Assembly (NCBI RefSeq): GCF_006345805.1
Contig: NC_043000.1
Location: 3,782,001 to 3,846,000, forward strand
Reading direction: 5' to 3'
Source of the DNA: Octopus sinensis
Lineage: Eukaryota
Length of the DNA stretch: 64,000 nt
Part shown: positions 40,156 through 52,700 of the stretch, one piece after another
Position numbering within the stretch: position 1 is the first letter of the stretch
How the letters are laid out: each line of letters starts with the position of its first letter
The notes under the pieces: model-generated
The model's input: only the letters and a program-made list of their open reading frames with translations
Database searches by the model: none
Told to the model about the DNA's origin: nothing
Program-made: the position numbers and the translations under genes

Positions 40156-40251
40156 CTTCTATAAAATAAATTAATTTATCTGCTATGTATTGAGTACCTT
40201 ATTTACTGTGGTTAACCCCGACTCAACCCGGGACCTACACACACATATATA

Positions 40252-40282
<31 letters not shown>

Positions 40283-40657
40283 ACAAGTAAGTTAGGGGTT
40301 GTGGATCCAACCCACTAAGTGATAATGTATATATATATATATAAATAAATAATATATATATATATGCATATATACATACGCATATGTACATACTTACATC
40401 TATAAGTATATAGATATGCATATGTGCATATATATTCTACCAAATATATATGTTTTATTTATTATTTTGCACATTACTTAATCATTGGAATATTATTGTT
40501 ATTTTATATTTAATATTTCTATTATATGTAATTTTCTAGATGGTGTAATTTAATTGTTCATTTTGAATTGATAAAAGGTGTTTTTTTTCTAATTTATATA
40601 TATATATATAAATATATGCAATAGAGAGCAGTTGCCTTATTTCATTCCATATTAGCT

Positions 40658-40740
40658 ATCTCTGATGAGTGCAGGGTTACATAATTGGATTGCTATTTAA
40701 CACTCCGTTGAATTCCTAGCATGAAACCAATTGGTAAGAT
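40658..40740 (+). ncRNA. Type I hammerhead ribozyme motif with palindromic stem III
   Basis: ATCT-CTGATGA(40662-68)-GTGCAGGG...TCCTaGCAT-GAAA(40723-26)-CCAATTGG-TA(40735-36)-AGAT. Confidence 0.68.
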
Positions 40741-40839
40741 TGGACATAATGGATATATAATACTATACACGTTAGATAATATCTATATATAGAACAATTC
40801 CACCAAAAATGCATTCATTGTATTTTAAACATTAAATGA

Positions 40840-41560
40840 AGTTCTTTTGCTCCAAACACAGATGTCCTTGTGTCTGCAGGCATCACCTCAATTAAAGCAA
40901 TGATTATGAAAAACCAAATGAGATGGTGTGGTCATATTGTTTGAATGGCAGATGAATGTACATCCAAACAGCTGTTTTATGGTGAACTTGCAGAAGAGAA
41001 ACGCTATCAGTGTAAACCTAAAATAAGGTTTAAGGACGGTATATGGACTACCATGAAGTCACTTGGAATGGATCCCGAGGACATAGAAACCCTTGCTTTG
41101 GACTGAGTTGGATGGCAAACAAATGTGTGGAGTGGAGTGAAAACATTTGAAGAGGCCAGGATAGCGAATGCAAGTCTCAAGAGAGATTTAAAGAAGAACG
41201 TTACAATTCAGAAGGTGAATCACAATGACCTTTTTGTGAGAATTGTTTGTGACAGACCATGCCATTCTTTTGCTGGGCTCAGATCTCATTTGTGGACCCA
41301 TGGAAAATGAACCTCCACCAACTATTCTGCCTATATGTCTGTGCACACCTTTCAACGCAATGTATGTCAGAAGGCCTGCAAATTTAACGGCGGCCTCAAA
41401 AGACATTTTAAGATCCACAAAGATCAGAACTTAACTGCAGCTCTTGGTAGTCTAAATCAGATGTGCAATCTATGTGGGTGTCTTTTCAGAAGATTGTCTG
41501 GTTTTAAAATGTCACATCAGATGTGTAGGTACAGAAGGCGGTCAAACTCTGCATAAGGAG
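40840..41560 (+). mobile_element. RTE LINE ORF2 C-terminal relic carrying C2H2 zinc-finger-like repeats
   Basis: RWCGHIV...KQLFYGEL...RFKD motifs followed by three C/x-x2-C...H-x3-H-like units in one frame. Confidence 0.7.
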
Positions 41561-41899
41561 TAGGCAACCACCATATATGATGGAGAACAATACAGGGGAG
41601 AGAATGTAGAGAGGAGGTGATTGGTGAAGACAGTAGGTAGGGCAAAATAATGACAAATAGAAGTGGTGAAGGGTGGTGAAGGATATAACTGAGAAAGCAG
41701 GGGGATTGTAGTATGTGCCTATTCTGCTCCCAGGTGATAGAGAATAAGAAGTTTAGGGGAAATGGTTGATAGGGACAGAGAGGATGCAGGTGGGTATGCG
41801 GAAGAGCCACTCACAGATAAGCATTTACCAAGGTGGTTTAGGATATCAATTCTGCTGTGGTGAACAGATCTTCTTGAGTACAGCAAAGCATCAGATAAC

Positions 41900-43510
41900 T
41901 TGGTCTTTTGTCATCTCCTTCGTAAGGCTCAATATCTTGAGATGGGCCTTCAGTACTTTGTCCCATGTTTTTCTGGATCTCTTGAAGTGATCAGCACTAC
42001 TTTATGCAACTGCCCACATCCATACATATCACATGCAATATTCTTTCTTGTCCTGTGCATCTAATTCCATTTATACCTAACTTTTCACTTAATACATTAG
42101 TGTTCTCTTGCACGTGTACACTGACATTGCACATCCAGTGGAGCATATTTGCTTCATACCTCTCTAGTCTTTGCATGTCTTCTGCATTCAGGGCCCATGT
42201 CTCACTACCATGTAGAATTATTGTTTGCACAAATGTATAATACAATCTTACTTTTACTCAGAGAGAGAGAGCGAGAGACCTTTGTTTGCTAACAGAATTA
42301 AATGCTCTCTGAATTTTCCCCATCCTATTCTTATTCTAGCAATTACACTTTTCCTCTCCCACTGTTAATTAGGCTTCCTAGGTAGCAGAAATTATCCACT
42401 GCCTATCTCTAAAGAGCCTCAGGAGAAAATCAATTCCCTGTGTATCTGTAGTCTTTATAGCTTCTGTGCATCTTCCACATGCAAACACTACAAGATCATT
42501 AACATATAGCAGTTCCCAGGGGCATCTGGTCTTGAGTTCTGTTATGGACTGGAAGACAATGATAAATAGAATTTGGGCTAAAAACCAAACCTTAATGAAC
42601 ACCCACCTGTACACTAAATTCATGATTAATTCTAACCTTATTAACAAAACCTCTGTTTATGGCTTTCACAAGCCACTCTTCTACCTCTACATTCCCGAGA
42701 GCCCACCATATTACACAGTGGAATAGTAGGCTTTTTCTAAATCAACAAATGCCAAGTACAATGGTTTATTCATAGCCAAATACTTCTGAAATTGTCTCAC
42801 TATAAAGATAGCATAAGCAGTGCTTCTCCCTAGCACAAAGCCAAACTGCATTTCATCTAATCTGATTGGGCCAAGACTCTCTTACTCTTTTACTTGTTTC
42901 AGTCATTTGACTGCGGCCATGCTGGAGCACCGCCTTTAGTTGAGCAAATCGACCCCGGGACTTATTCTATCAGTCTCTTTTGCCGATCCGCTAAGTGACA
43001 GGGACGTAAACACACCAGCATCGGTTGTCAAGCAATACTAGGGAGGCAAACACAGACACACAAATATATATATACGACAGGCTTCTTTCAGTTTCCGTCT
43101 ACCAAATCCACTCACAAGGCATTGGTCAACCCGGGGCTATAGCAGAAGACACTTGCCCAAGATGCCATGCAGTGGGACCGAACCCAGAACCATGTGGTTG
43201 GTTAGCAAGCTACTTACCACACAGCCACTCCTGCGCCTATTTATGAAAGTTTCATGACCAGCAATTCGATGCCTCATAATTACTTCTAAGGCATCACTTG
43301 TAGTAGCGGACTATAATGCAGCTGCACCAGTCATTGGGATGACACCTTCCTGAATAACCTGAATAACTATATGGGTAACTAGACTGCATCCTTCTCCAAC
43401 AAATATTTTAAGCATATCAATGATGGATCTGGGAGCTTTCCTGGTCTTCAAATCCTTAATTACCTTACCTATCATACTGTTGTCAACATGAATGGCTAGT
43501 CCCTATGTTG
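41900..43510 (-). mobile_element. Degenerate RTE LINE RT region interrupted by a SINE (42880-43240)
   Basis: ILHGSETW; CPWELLY(V)NDLV (decayed YADD); an upstream segment resembling the KAPG...GVIPNDW RT N-terminus. Confidence 0.8.
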
Positions 43511-45682
43511 GGTTCACATAGGGGAGAATCCCTACCTTTCATTCATTCTCTATATTTAATAGCCTTTTGTCGTAGCATTTCTATGCATCTTTCTTTTCAG
43601 AATCAGAGTAAAAGCATACCATTATTCATCTGTACAGACTTCTCTTTGATACATCGTCTAGCAATCCGGAATACCTCAAATTTTCATTTCTACAAGAACA
43701 CAATACATCGCCCAGTCCAGGAATCGAAACCACAATATTACTATCATGAGTGCAACACCCCAACCATGTGCCTCCACATACATGTATCATCCAGAGATTT
43801 TAAACCTAGAAAATTTTGTGCTAAATTGTCTTAAAGCAAGGTCATGCCTAGAATACCTCTGAACATAGGCCTGTTGGACCAATATAAGTTATTAAATTAT
43901 AAGTCATGTTCACTAAAATAATTTACTACAAAGTCTGCATCTGTTGTTCTTTGGCTTTGATCGTCAGAATATATTAGTGGGAAGGGAAAAAGAAAAAATA
44001 TATTCCCATTGCTTGTAATGTTACAAAGGGAGGTAAGTAGTTTTCTTGCCTTGAGTTATAGTGTATGAATGCAACAGCCAAAAAAAAAAAAGAGAAAAAA
44101 TTGTTGGGAAAAAACTCCTTTAAGTAATGGCCATTGACTAAAATGAGGTCAACCATATGCTGTTCTTTGAAGTTGAGGGAGTTATGGATTGAAAATGGAG
44201 TAGATAAATTACCATGTTTAACCCTTTTGTTACCATATTTCTGTTGAAATAAACTGCTTTTGCTTCAATAAATTTTGTCATTATTAAGCTACTGTTTGGA
44301 AAATAAATTAGCATTTTGATGGAAGGGTTTTAATTAATATCAATTTAAGCATTAAATTTGTTTTACATAGAACCAGGGATGGTCTTGTTAGTGTTAATAT
44401 GTAAAGGATTAATATACTTTCAAATTTTGGCACAAGGTCAACAATTTTGGGAGAAGGGACTAATCAATCACATCAACCGCAGTGCTCAACTAGTACCTAT
44501 TTTATTGACCCTGAGAGGATAAAAAGCTAAGTTGACCTTGGTTGAATTTGAACCCAGAACATAAAAGACAGACGAAATGCTGCTAAGTATTATGCCGGAC
44601 ATGCTAAAAATTTTGCTGGTTTTCTGCCTTTTTAAAGGATTAATATTATATTGTCTTCTGTATAATATGGGGGAGGTGGAAGGCAAAAATTTCACTAAAA
44701 TATTTTTTTTAGTTAAGTCCTGATATTTGTTAATTTGAGCAGAACTGCACTGTAAGGTCATAAAAGATCTGGTTCAATGCTGTTAGTCTCAATATCTACC
44801 TTTGTAACAGGAAAATATCAGTGATGTAAGATAATCTTTAAAATGATGGATAAGTTGTTGGTTATAAATTTTGGCACAAAGCCAGCAGGTTTGTGGGTAG
44901 GAACTAAGTTGATTAAATCGCCCTGTGTTCAACTGGTACTTACTTTATTGATCCCTGAAAGGATGAAAAGCAAAGTCGACCTTGGTGGAATTTGAACTCA
45001 GAACATAAAGATGGACAAAATGCCACTAAGCATTTTGCCCAGCATGGTAAGGATTGTCAGCTCGCCACCTTAATGAGGGATAAGGTATTGACAATAAAGA
45101 GGAAAGAGGGAGAGTTGAACTTATTTCATTGAACTAAAGCTGTCTTGTGGAAGCACATGGCCTAGTGGTTAGAGCAGCGGACTCGCGGTTAAGGGATCGC
45201 AGCTTTGAATCGATGTGTTTGAGCGAAACACCTAAGCTTCATGCGGCTCTGGCAGAAGGTAATGACGAACTTCTGCTGACTGTTACGCCACAACTTTCTA
45301 TCACTTTTTCCTCCAGCATCTTGTAGCTCACCTACGACGGACCAGCGTCCCATCCAAATGGGGAACTGGGAAACCGGCCCTATGAGCCAGGCGTGGCTCG
45401 AGAAGGAACAAACAAACAAAGCTGTCTTAGTACTAGAGCTGTTATCAATGGGTCTCTGCTATATGACTTCTTATTGTTAATAAAAATTGGTGGCTTTAAA
45501 TAAATTTACAAGTCAGAAATACTCTAACATCAAAAGAACTAAAGAGATATGTAATTAAATCTTTAGTGTTCAGATTACTCTGTCAAGTTTGATACTTATT
45601 TATTGTTTTGAATTAATCATGCATTATCATGTAACTTGGTTTTGATAGTGTGATAGTTCATTTTTAGAATGACATTCTAGAA

Positions 45683-45889
45683 CAGGGGTGGTCGAACTTT
45701 TTTGATCGCGGGCCGCACAGTGCGTCTTTGGAACCTTGGCGGGCCTCATTTATAAAAATCAAGTGAAAATATTGTGAATTACCGTACAACTGAAACAGTT
45801 ACGAAGTATCTGCATAGAAGTTGGGATTCATAAAAGCTCTCGGCGGGCCGCATGAAAACCTATGGGGGGCCGTAGTTTGCCCACCCCTG
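45683..45889. mobile_element. hAT (Charlie-like) MITE nested in a piggyBac-like MITE
   Basis: CAGGGGTGG...CCACCCCTG TIRs; TSD TTCTAGAA/TTCTAGAG (NTCTAGAN target). Confidence 0.8.
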
Positions 45890-46200
45890 TTCTAGAGTAA
45901 GTGTAAGAGGCCAGATCGTGACAGTTTGAATATGAAACAGGTGGAAATAGCCAGTTGAAATGCTAAACAGTTAAAGCAATCATCATCATCGTTTAACGTC
46001 TGTTCTCCATGCTAGCATGGGTTGGACGGTTCGACCGGGAATCTGGGAAGCCAGAAGGCTGCACCAGGCTCTGGTCTTTGATAAAGATGATGATGACTAA
46101 GGACAGCAACTACAAAAAACATATCAAGAAATTTATTCATACAAATTTGTCTAGGTGATGGAGGAAAAAAAATAAATAAAAAAAAATGGCAATTTTTTTT

Positions 46201-46206
46201 TTTATT
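46201..46206 (-). terminator. Likely PSMA5 polyadenylation signal (AATAAA)
   Basis: tttatt on the plus strand about 155 nt downstream of the stop codon, followed by A/T-rich sequence. Confidence 0.55.
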
Positions 46207-46360
46207 GAAAGAAAAGAAGCCTGACTGTGATAGGAGCGATACATACTGCATTGCCTTGCAAAAACGGGGATGAGCAGAGCAAGCAGTGAAAGCAACTGTT
46301 CTGGTCATCAGGATTCCATGAAAACAAATTCTGAATTAAGATGTACATTGATAGAGGTTT

Positions 46361-46453
46361 TTATTTTCGGCCTTTTTCAATATCTTCAATAATTTTTTCG
46401 AGATCTTCTCTGGAAAACATGTTGAAGTTTTTCTCTCGCGTCACAGTTGCCAT
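46361..46453 (-). CDS. PSMA5: PSMA5 terminal coding exon 8 (MATVTREKNFNMFSREDLEKIIEDIEKGRK*), 93 nt
   Basis: cattacag| acceptor; stop TAA at 46363-46361. The eight exons sum to 741 nt (246 aa + stop) with consistent phases. Confidence 0.94.
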   Translation of the reverse strand: MATVTREKNFNMFSREDLEKIIEDIEKGRK

Positions 46454-46730
46454 CTGTAATGAGAACCGCAGTCGTAGTCGTTAAAACAGGATTACAACGA
46501 TGAAAAGAAACAGAGATAATTACATTATCACAAGAATCATAAGGGTTTAACTATTAAGGAACACGATAAGTCCTGCCACACATCATCATCTTCATTTTGC
46601 AACTCTTTTCATGCTGGCATGGGTTAGATGGTTCGACTGGTATTGGTAAGCTGGAGAGCAACACAAGGCACTGGTTGTCTGTTTTAGTTGAGTTCCTATT
46701 GTCAACCACTCTATATAGTGTACTGGGTGT

Positions 46731-47110
46731 GGAGGCGCAATGGCCCAGTGGTTAGGGCAGCGGACTCGCAGTCATAGCATCGCGGTTTCGATTCCCAGAC
46801 CGGGCGTTGTGTTTATTGAGCGAAAACACCTAAAAGCTCCACGAGGCTCCAGCAGGGGGTGGTGGTGATCCCTGCTGTACTCTTTCACCACAACTTTCTC
46901 TCACTCTTACTTCCTGTTTCTGTTGTACCTGTATTTCAAAGGGCCGGTCTTGTCACTCTCTGTGTCACGCTGAATATCCCTGAGAACTACGTTAAGGGTG
47001 CACGTGTCTGTGGAGTGCTCAGCCACTTACACGTTAATTTCACGAGCAGGCTGTTCCGTTGATTCAGATCAACCAGAACCCTCATCGTCGTAACTGACGG
47101 AGTGCTTCCC
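46731..47110 (+). mobile_element. tRNA-derived SINE family C with 16-bp TSD, in PSMA5 intron 7 (other copies 27136-27520 +, 38651-39028 -)
   Basis: TGGCCCAGTGG A-box and GGTTTCGATTCC B-box; TSD ATAGTGTACTGGGTGT at 46715-46730 and 47111-47126. Confidence 0.9.
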
Positions 47111-48170
47111 ATAGTGTACTGGGTGTCTTATGTGTGTCACTGGCATGGGTGTCTTTCATGTGTCACTAGCACTGGCCACAACCATGATTTCACTTAGCTT
47201 GATCTGTCATCTCAAGCGCAGCAAATCACCAAAGTTCTCGATCACTTGTCATTGCCACAGTTAAAATATCAATTAGATGATTTAAATGCTCAATACACTT
47301 GGTATACAGTGACTGATTATTGTTTAGCTGTAGGACTGTTCTGATTCAACAGAACTATGATCAAAGTGTTCTAATTGTGTAATCACTACATCCTTTATTC
47401 AGTGTATCAAGAATGACATTATCCAACATGTAATTTTATTTTGAAGACAATAGAATGTAATTTGAGGGAAATTTGGCTGTTATTTCTAGCAAATATATTG
47501 GTTAAAACCATAAGCAAGTGAGTGGTTACATTGATGTTCTATTTCATAAACATGATTCAGTGATCGAGCACATGTGCTTGAACTAGATTTTAATACTCAA
47601 TCAAGAGATTTAAAAAGTCTGTCTAAAGTCAATCATTATTCACAAAATGGAGGTACCATCAATCATTATCTCCTCTTTGGCATACACAGTTTTGGATGAG
47701 AATTTCTGTCTGTTGCTAACAACATTTTGTTTCTCAGATTTAGTTTATTACAAATCAAAACCTGTTGTAGAACAAGCCTCTATGTGATTGCCTGACGAGC
47801 TAGAAATAATAACCATATCAAACACTATCTTAAAAAAAAGAGGGGTGGCGGAATTGTTTGATGCTATCGATCATACATTCTCTCCATTCATCATCATGAA
47901 ACAACCGTTTTCCATGTTGGCATGAGTTGGACGGTTTGACAGGAGCTGGCCAGGCACCATGTCTGTTTTAGTATGGTTTCTACAGCTGGATGCCCTTCCT
48001 AATGTCAGCCACTTCGAATACTGGGTACTTTAAAAAGGCAAAACCTGCTGAAGAAGGGCTGGATAAATAGGTGCTTCACTGAACACATTTTAAGCTACTA
48101 AAAAAAACAAAAAAAACAACAACAAAAAAAAAAACACACTAAGATCAACAGCTACAAAGATAACACTCAC

Positions 48171-48257
48171 CTCGACATTAGTTGGGTCTAGTTTTTCTTC
48201 CATGACTTGCTGCAAAATCTTTAGAGCTTCTTTACGTGCCTCATCCAGACTCATTGA
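48171..48257 (-). CDS. PSMA5: PSMA5 coding exon 7 (SMSLDEARKEALKILQQVMEEKLDPTNVE), 87 nt
   Basis: tgtctag| acceptor and GAG|gtgagt donor; conserved LKQVMEEKL-like helix. Confidence 0.96.
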
Positions 48258-48545
48258 CTAGACAGAAGAAAGACCAGATATCTCACCATCATCCACATTG
48301 CTGATTAACTCTTCAAAGCAAATTTTAACTAGAACAGGTAACACTGCCACAGCCACCACTAATATTGCCTTCATTCCTTTCCTATATGACCACATCACCA
48401 TTGTTTAATGCCTGCCTTCCATGCTGGCATGGGTTGGATGGCTTGACTGAGGGCTGGCAAGCCAGAAGTCTGTACCAGGCTTCAATCTTATCTGGCAAGG
48501 TTTCTACAGCTGGATGCCCTTCCTAATGCCAACAACTCTGAGTGT

Positions 48546-48884
48546 GCTGAGACCCCCTTTGGTCATGACTAACCATGGGATTGCACCTAGAAAGTTACCC
48601 TCCAAGGCACAAGTCCAGGCAAGGTTGTCTATGGAAGACCAGCAGTCGCCCATGCATACCAGCCTCCCCTCTCCACACCACCAATGTTATCCAAGGGAAA
48701 GGCAAGGGCTGATACAGCTTGGCACCAGTGACGTCACAACTCATTTCTAGAGCTGAGTGAACTGGAGCAACGTGAAATAAAGTGTCTTGCTCGAGAACAC
48801 AACACGCAGCCCGGTCCAGGATTCGAACTCACAACGTCATGATCGTAAGCTTGACGCTCTAACCACTGAGCCATGTGCCTTCAC
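48546..48884 (-). mobile_element. tRNA-derived SINE family D nested in an RTE 3' fragment
   Basis: Minus-strand TGGCTCAGTGG A-box and GAGTTCGAATCC B-box. Confidence 0.75.
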
Positions 48885-49510
48885 TGAGAGTGTAGTAGCT
48901 ACTTTTTAGGTGCTACTGGTACAAGGGCCAGTCAGGCGTAACTGGTATCGACCATGCTTGAATGGTGCTTTTTACATGCCACTGGCACTGGAGCCAGTCA
49001 AGCAGCACTGGTAAGGACTACTACTCCACCATCATCTCTATTGCTACTGCCACTACCATATAGCATCGACCTACATAGACCATTACACACACACACAAAC
49101 AAACAATCAGTTTTTCCATCATTTTATATTTTATTTTCCTTTGCTTTACAGTCATTGGATTGTCCCCAAGATGGTCTCAATAATTTTTTTTAAAGTTTGG
49201 TACTTATTGTATCAATCCTTTTTGTTGAACCACTCAGTTAAATATGTAAACAAAGCAGTGCTGAGGGACAAATACAACACAAACAGAAACACAAAGATAG
49301 ACAGATAGCTACATACACACACACATATGTATGTATATACTCTATTCTTTTACTTGTTCCAGTCATATGACTGTAGTCATGCTGGAGCACTGCCTTAAAA
49401 GGTTTTAGTAAAAGAAATTGACACCCAAGACTTATTGTTTGTAAGCCTAGTACTTATTCTATCACCCTCTTTTGCTGAACCGCTAAGTTACAGAGACATA
49501 CATATATATG

Positions 49511-49546
<36 letters not shown>

Positions 49547-49757
49547 TACACATGGTGGGCTTCTTTCAGTTTCCACCGACCAAATCTACTCACAAGGCTT
49601 TATCGGCTCAGGGCTATAGTAGAACACACTCACCCAAGGTGCTATGCAGTGGGACGACTGAATCCACAAGTGGTTGGGAAGCAAGCTACTTAACCACACA
49701 CACCAATGTCCCTCGTCTGATCCCATCCACCACCATATTATGTATAAACTGGCATAC

Positions 49758-50152
49758 TCTCTTTCTCTTTTACTTGTTTCAGTCATTTGACTGCGGCCAT
49801 GCTGGAGCACAGCCTTTAGTCGAGCAAATCGACCCTGGGACTTATTCTTTGTAAGCCCAGTACCTATTCTATCGGTCTCTTTTGCCGAACCGCTAAGTGA
49901 CGGGGACGCAAACACACCAGCATCGGTTGTCAAGCAATGCTAGGGGGACAAACACAGACACACACACTTATATATATATACATATATATGACAGGCTTCT
50001 TTCAGTTTCCGTCTACCAAATCCACTCACAAGGCATTGGTCGGCCCGGGGTTATAGCAGAAGACACTTGCCCAAGATGCCACGCAGTGGGACTGAACCCG
50101 GAACCATGTGGTTGGTTAGCAAGCTACTTACCACACAGCCACTCCTGCGCCT
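49758..50152 (-). mobile_element. SINE family A copy in PSMA5 intron 6
   Basis: Full-length reverse-complement copy of the family A sequence. Confidence 0.9.
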
Positions 50153-50384
50153 ATACCGAATATAACATGATTGAAGTGTTCAAATCTTGTTGCAGTCAAT
50201 AAATAGTGACCCCTACCTAAAACATTACCCGATTTGAGTTAGTTCAGTTGACAAATAGATTTCCCTTCCTCTTTAGTAGTGTACTAGTTAGCAATAGGAA
50301 ATACATCCAGTGGTAAAAATAAAACTAGTTCCAACAAAGAGCAAAATGCCCACATTTTATTTTTTATAAAACAGAAACAAAATC

Positions 50385-50780
50385 ATCATCATCATCATCA
50401 TTTAACGTCCGCTTTCCATGCTGGCATGGGTTGGACAGTTCAACTGGGGTCTGGGAAGCCAGAAGGCTGCACCAGGCTCCAGTCTGTTCCGGCAGAGTTT
50501 CTACAGCTGGATGCCCTTCCTAACGCCAACCACTCCTTGAGTGTAGTGGGTGCTTTTTACGTGCCAGACGAGGCTGGCAGACGGCCACGATCGGATGGGG
50601 CTTTTTATGTGCCACCGGCACGGAGACCAGACGAAGCTGGCAACGGCCACGGTCGGATGGTGCTTTTTACGTGCCACCGGCACGGAGGCCAGTCGGGCGG
50701 AGCTGGCAACGGCCATGTTCAGATAGTTCTCTTACATGCCACCGGCACTGGTATCACAGCTACAAATTCCATTGATGTTG
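50385..50780 (-). mobile_element. RTE 3'-tail fragment (similar fragments about 9078-9225, 15185-15610, 15710-15990, 30150-30455, 31670-32000, 55345-55960, 57880-57985)
   Basis: Same sequence as the 3' UTR and (ATG)n tail of the RTE at 12315-13500. Confidence 0.85.
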
Positions 50781-50864
50781 ATGGATTACGATTTTGATTT
50801 AAAAAAAACAAACAAAAACATTTATGGTAAAAGTGCATGTAAAATATTTGAACATATTGAATAC

Positions 50865-50967
50865 CTTATGATAGACATCCTGCAGTGCTTGTTGTGCTCC
50901 TTCTGACCCAGATCCTATAGCTTTAGCATCATACTGTATGAAAGTGCCTGATGGATCCATATGGAAT
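50865..50967 (-). CDS. PSMA5: PSMA5 coding exon 6 ([35 protein letters not shown]), 103 nt
   Basis: ggatag| acceptor and AAG|gtattc donor; DPSG and [10 protein letters not shown] motifs (also in ORF 50799..50999). Confidence 0.97.
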
Positions 50968-51451
50968 CTATCCAAATACGAAAAACAAAATTTCATCATT
51001 CAATGCCACACATTAAGCTAAGACAATATTATACGTTGTGTGTATATACATACAAATAAATAATCATCCTCATTATTTAATGTCCATTTTCCATGCTGGT
51101 GTGGGTTGGGCAGTTTAACAAGAGCTGGCGAACCAGAGGACTGTACTAAGCTGTTCGCTTTGGCATGGTCTCTATGGCTAGATGTTCTTCCTAATGTCAA
51201 ACAGAGTGTACTGGGTGCTTTTTGCATGACACCAGGACCAGCGTGGTCATCAAATAGCTTGCAAGACAAAGACCCCTCAACTAAGATTGGGAGTAGTATT
51301 AAGCGAGATCGCATTGTGCTGGGAAATGAGAGCTTAACATATGATAAAGGGATAAAAAAAGATGTCTTGCTGTACATATCTGTATTACTGAGACTCTTTA
51401 CGCAAGTGTGACAGCACAACATTACTAACTTTAATTTTACACAATATTTAA

Positions 51452-51671
51452 CCCTTTCGTTACTGTATTTATTTTGAGATGCTCTGTGTTTCTTTCAATT
51501 ACTTTAAATATAATAAAGAATCTAGTAAAATAACTTAGTTATCATTCAGCTAGTGTTAGGAACATAAATTGTGACTAAGGTTTGGTGGAAGATTTTAATT
51601 CAGAACTTCTGAAAACAAGACTTTTGTACTCAGAGCCAGAGCCAGATTCAGCCGGGTTAGTAACGAAAGGG
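51452..51671. mobile_element. piggyBac-like MITE in PSMA5 intron 5
   Basis: TTAA-CCCTTTCGTTACT...AGTAACGAAAGGG-TTAA: 13-bp perfect TIR and TTAA TSD. Confidence 0.82.
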
Positions 51672-52151
51672 TTAAACTATCATTGCAAACAAGTAAGACA
51701 TAGTAACATATACTATGCTTCCATTAATTGTTTTTGGAGTCTATATAGTCTCCAGGAGAGATAGACACTCTCTTGACCCTCTCACCCATGACTTTGTGTA
51801 ATGTTGAGAAAATGTGACAGCCGAAGAGAGAGTACTGCATCACCACTCATGTAGGTACTCTTTTTCAGCTGAGTAGACAATGATGTGAAATGAAGTACTT
51901 TGCTCAAGAATAACACTGTCTAGTTCAGAAATTGAAATCTTATGATTACTACCTAACCATTAAAATGCAGGGCAGAACCCCCCACCCCCCAAAAAAAACA
52001 TAGTTTAGGTTAGCTTTCTGCAAACTATAATTATAAATAAATTATGATGATGTCATAATACAGCCAGAGTATTATCTAAATTTTAATTTAGGTAACACAA
52101 TTTAGTATGAGAAACAGTTGTACAAGTTTCTAGATGTTTACAGTTACTTAC

Positions 52152-52210
52152 AATTGAGGACCTTTCTCATCAATACCAGCAAATAGCAATGCTACACCGA
52201 ATGGACGGCT
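52152..52210 (-). CDS. PSMA5: PSMA5 coding exon 5 (SRPFGVALLFAGIDEKGPQ-L), 59 nt
   Basis: ccttacag| acceptor and TT|gtaagt donor; conserved RPFGV motif. Confidence 0.97.
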
Positions 52211-52299
52211 CTGTAAGGAAAAATGTAAGTTTTTAATAAGTTATCTAGTAAAATAACTTTATATGATGAGTCCTTAGACACAATAATAGAGATTATATT

Positions 52300-52700
52300 A
52301 TAATAATAATGAAATTATTGTATACAGTGCTCAGGTGCACCACAACTTGACAGAAAGTGCATATAAAGTACATGCAGTAATGTCTGGAAAGTGAACAATG
52401 TATGAGTCAGATACATGCTCGTGTGTGTATGGAGGGGAGAAAATCAAGTGTAGTGTTGGCGAATCTCAGGAAGCATGGAATTTTTGAAGGATGCAGTGCA
52501 CAGACAACTAACAACCGATGCCGGTAGTTTGTTCCATGCTTCAGCAACTCTCAGCGTGAAAAAATGTTTCCTGAAGTCATGGGAGCTGTGCTGTTTTCTG
52601 ACTTTGTAAATATGTCCACGGGTGTTAGATGGGTGGAGTTTGAAGAGGTGCTCAGAGCTATTGTTTGTGTGATGGTTGATAATTTTATGGGTGTCTGTTA
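52300..52700 (-). mobile_element. CR1-type LINE 3' end in PSMA5 intron 4
   Basis: Reverse complement is homologous to 29030-29340. Confidence 0.8.
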
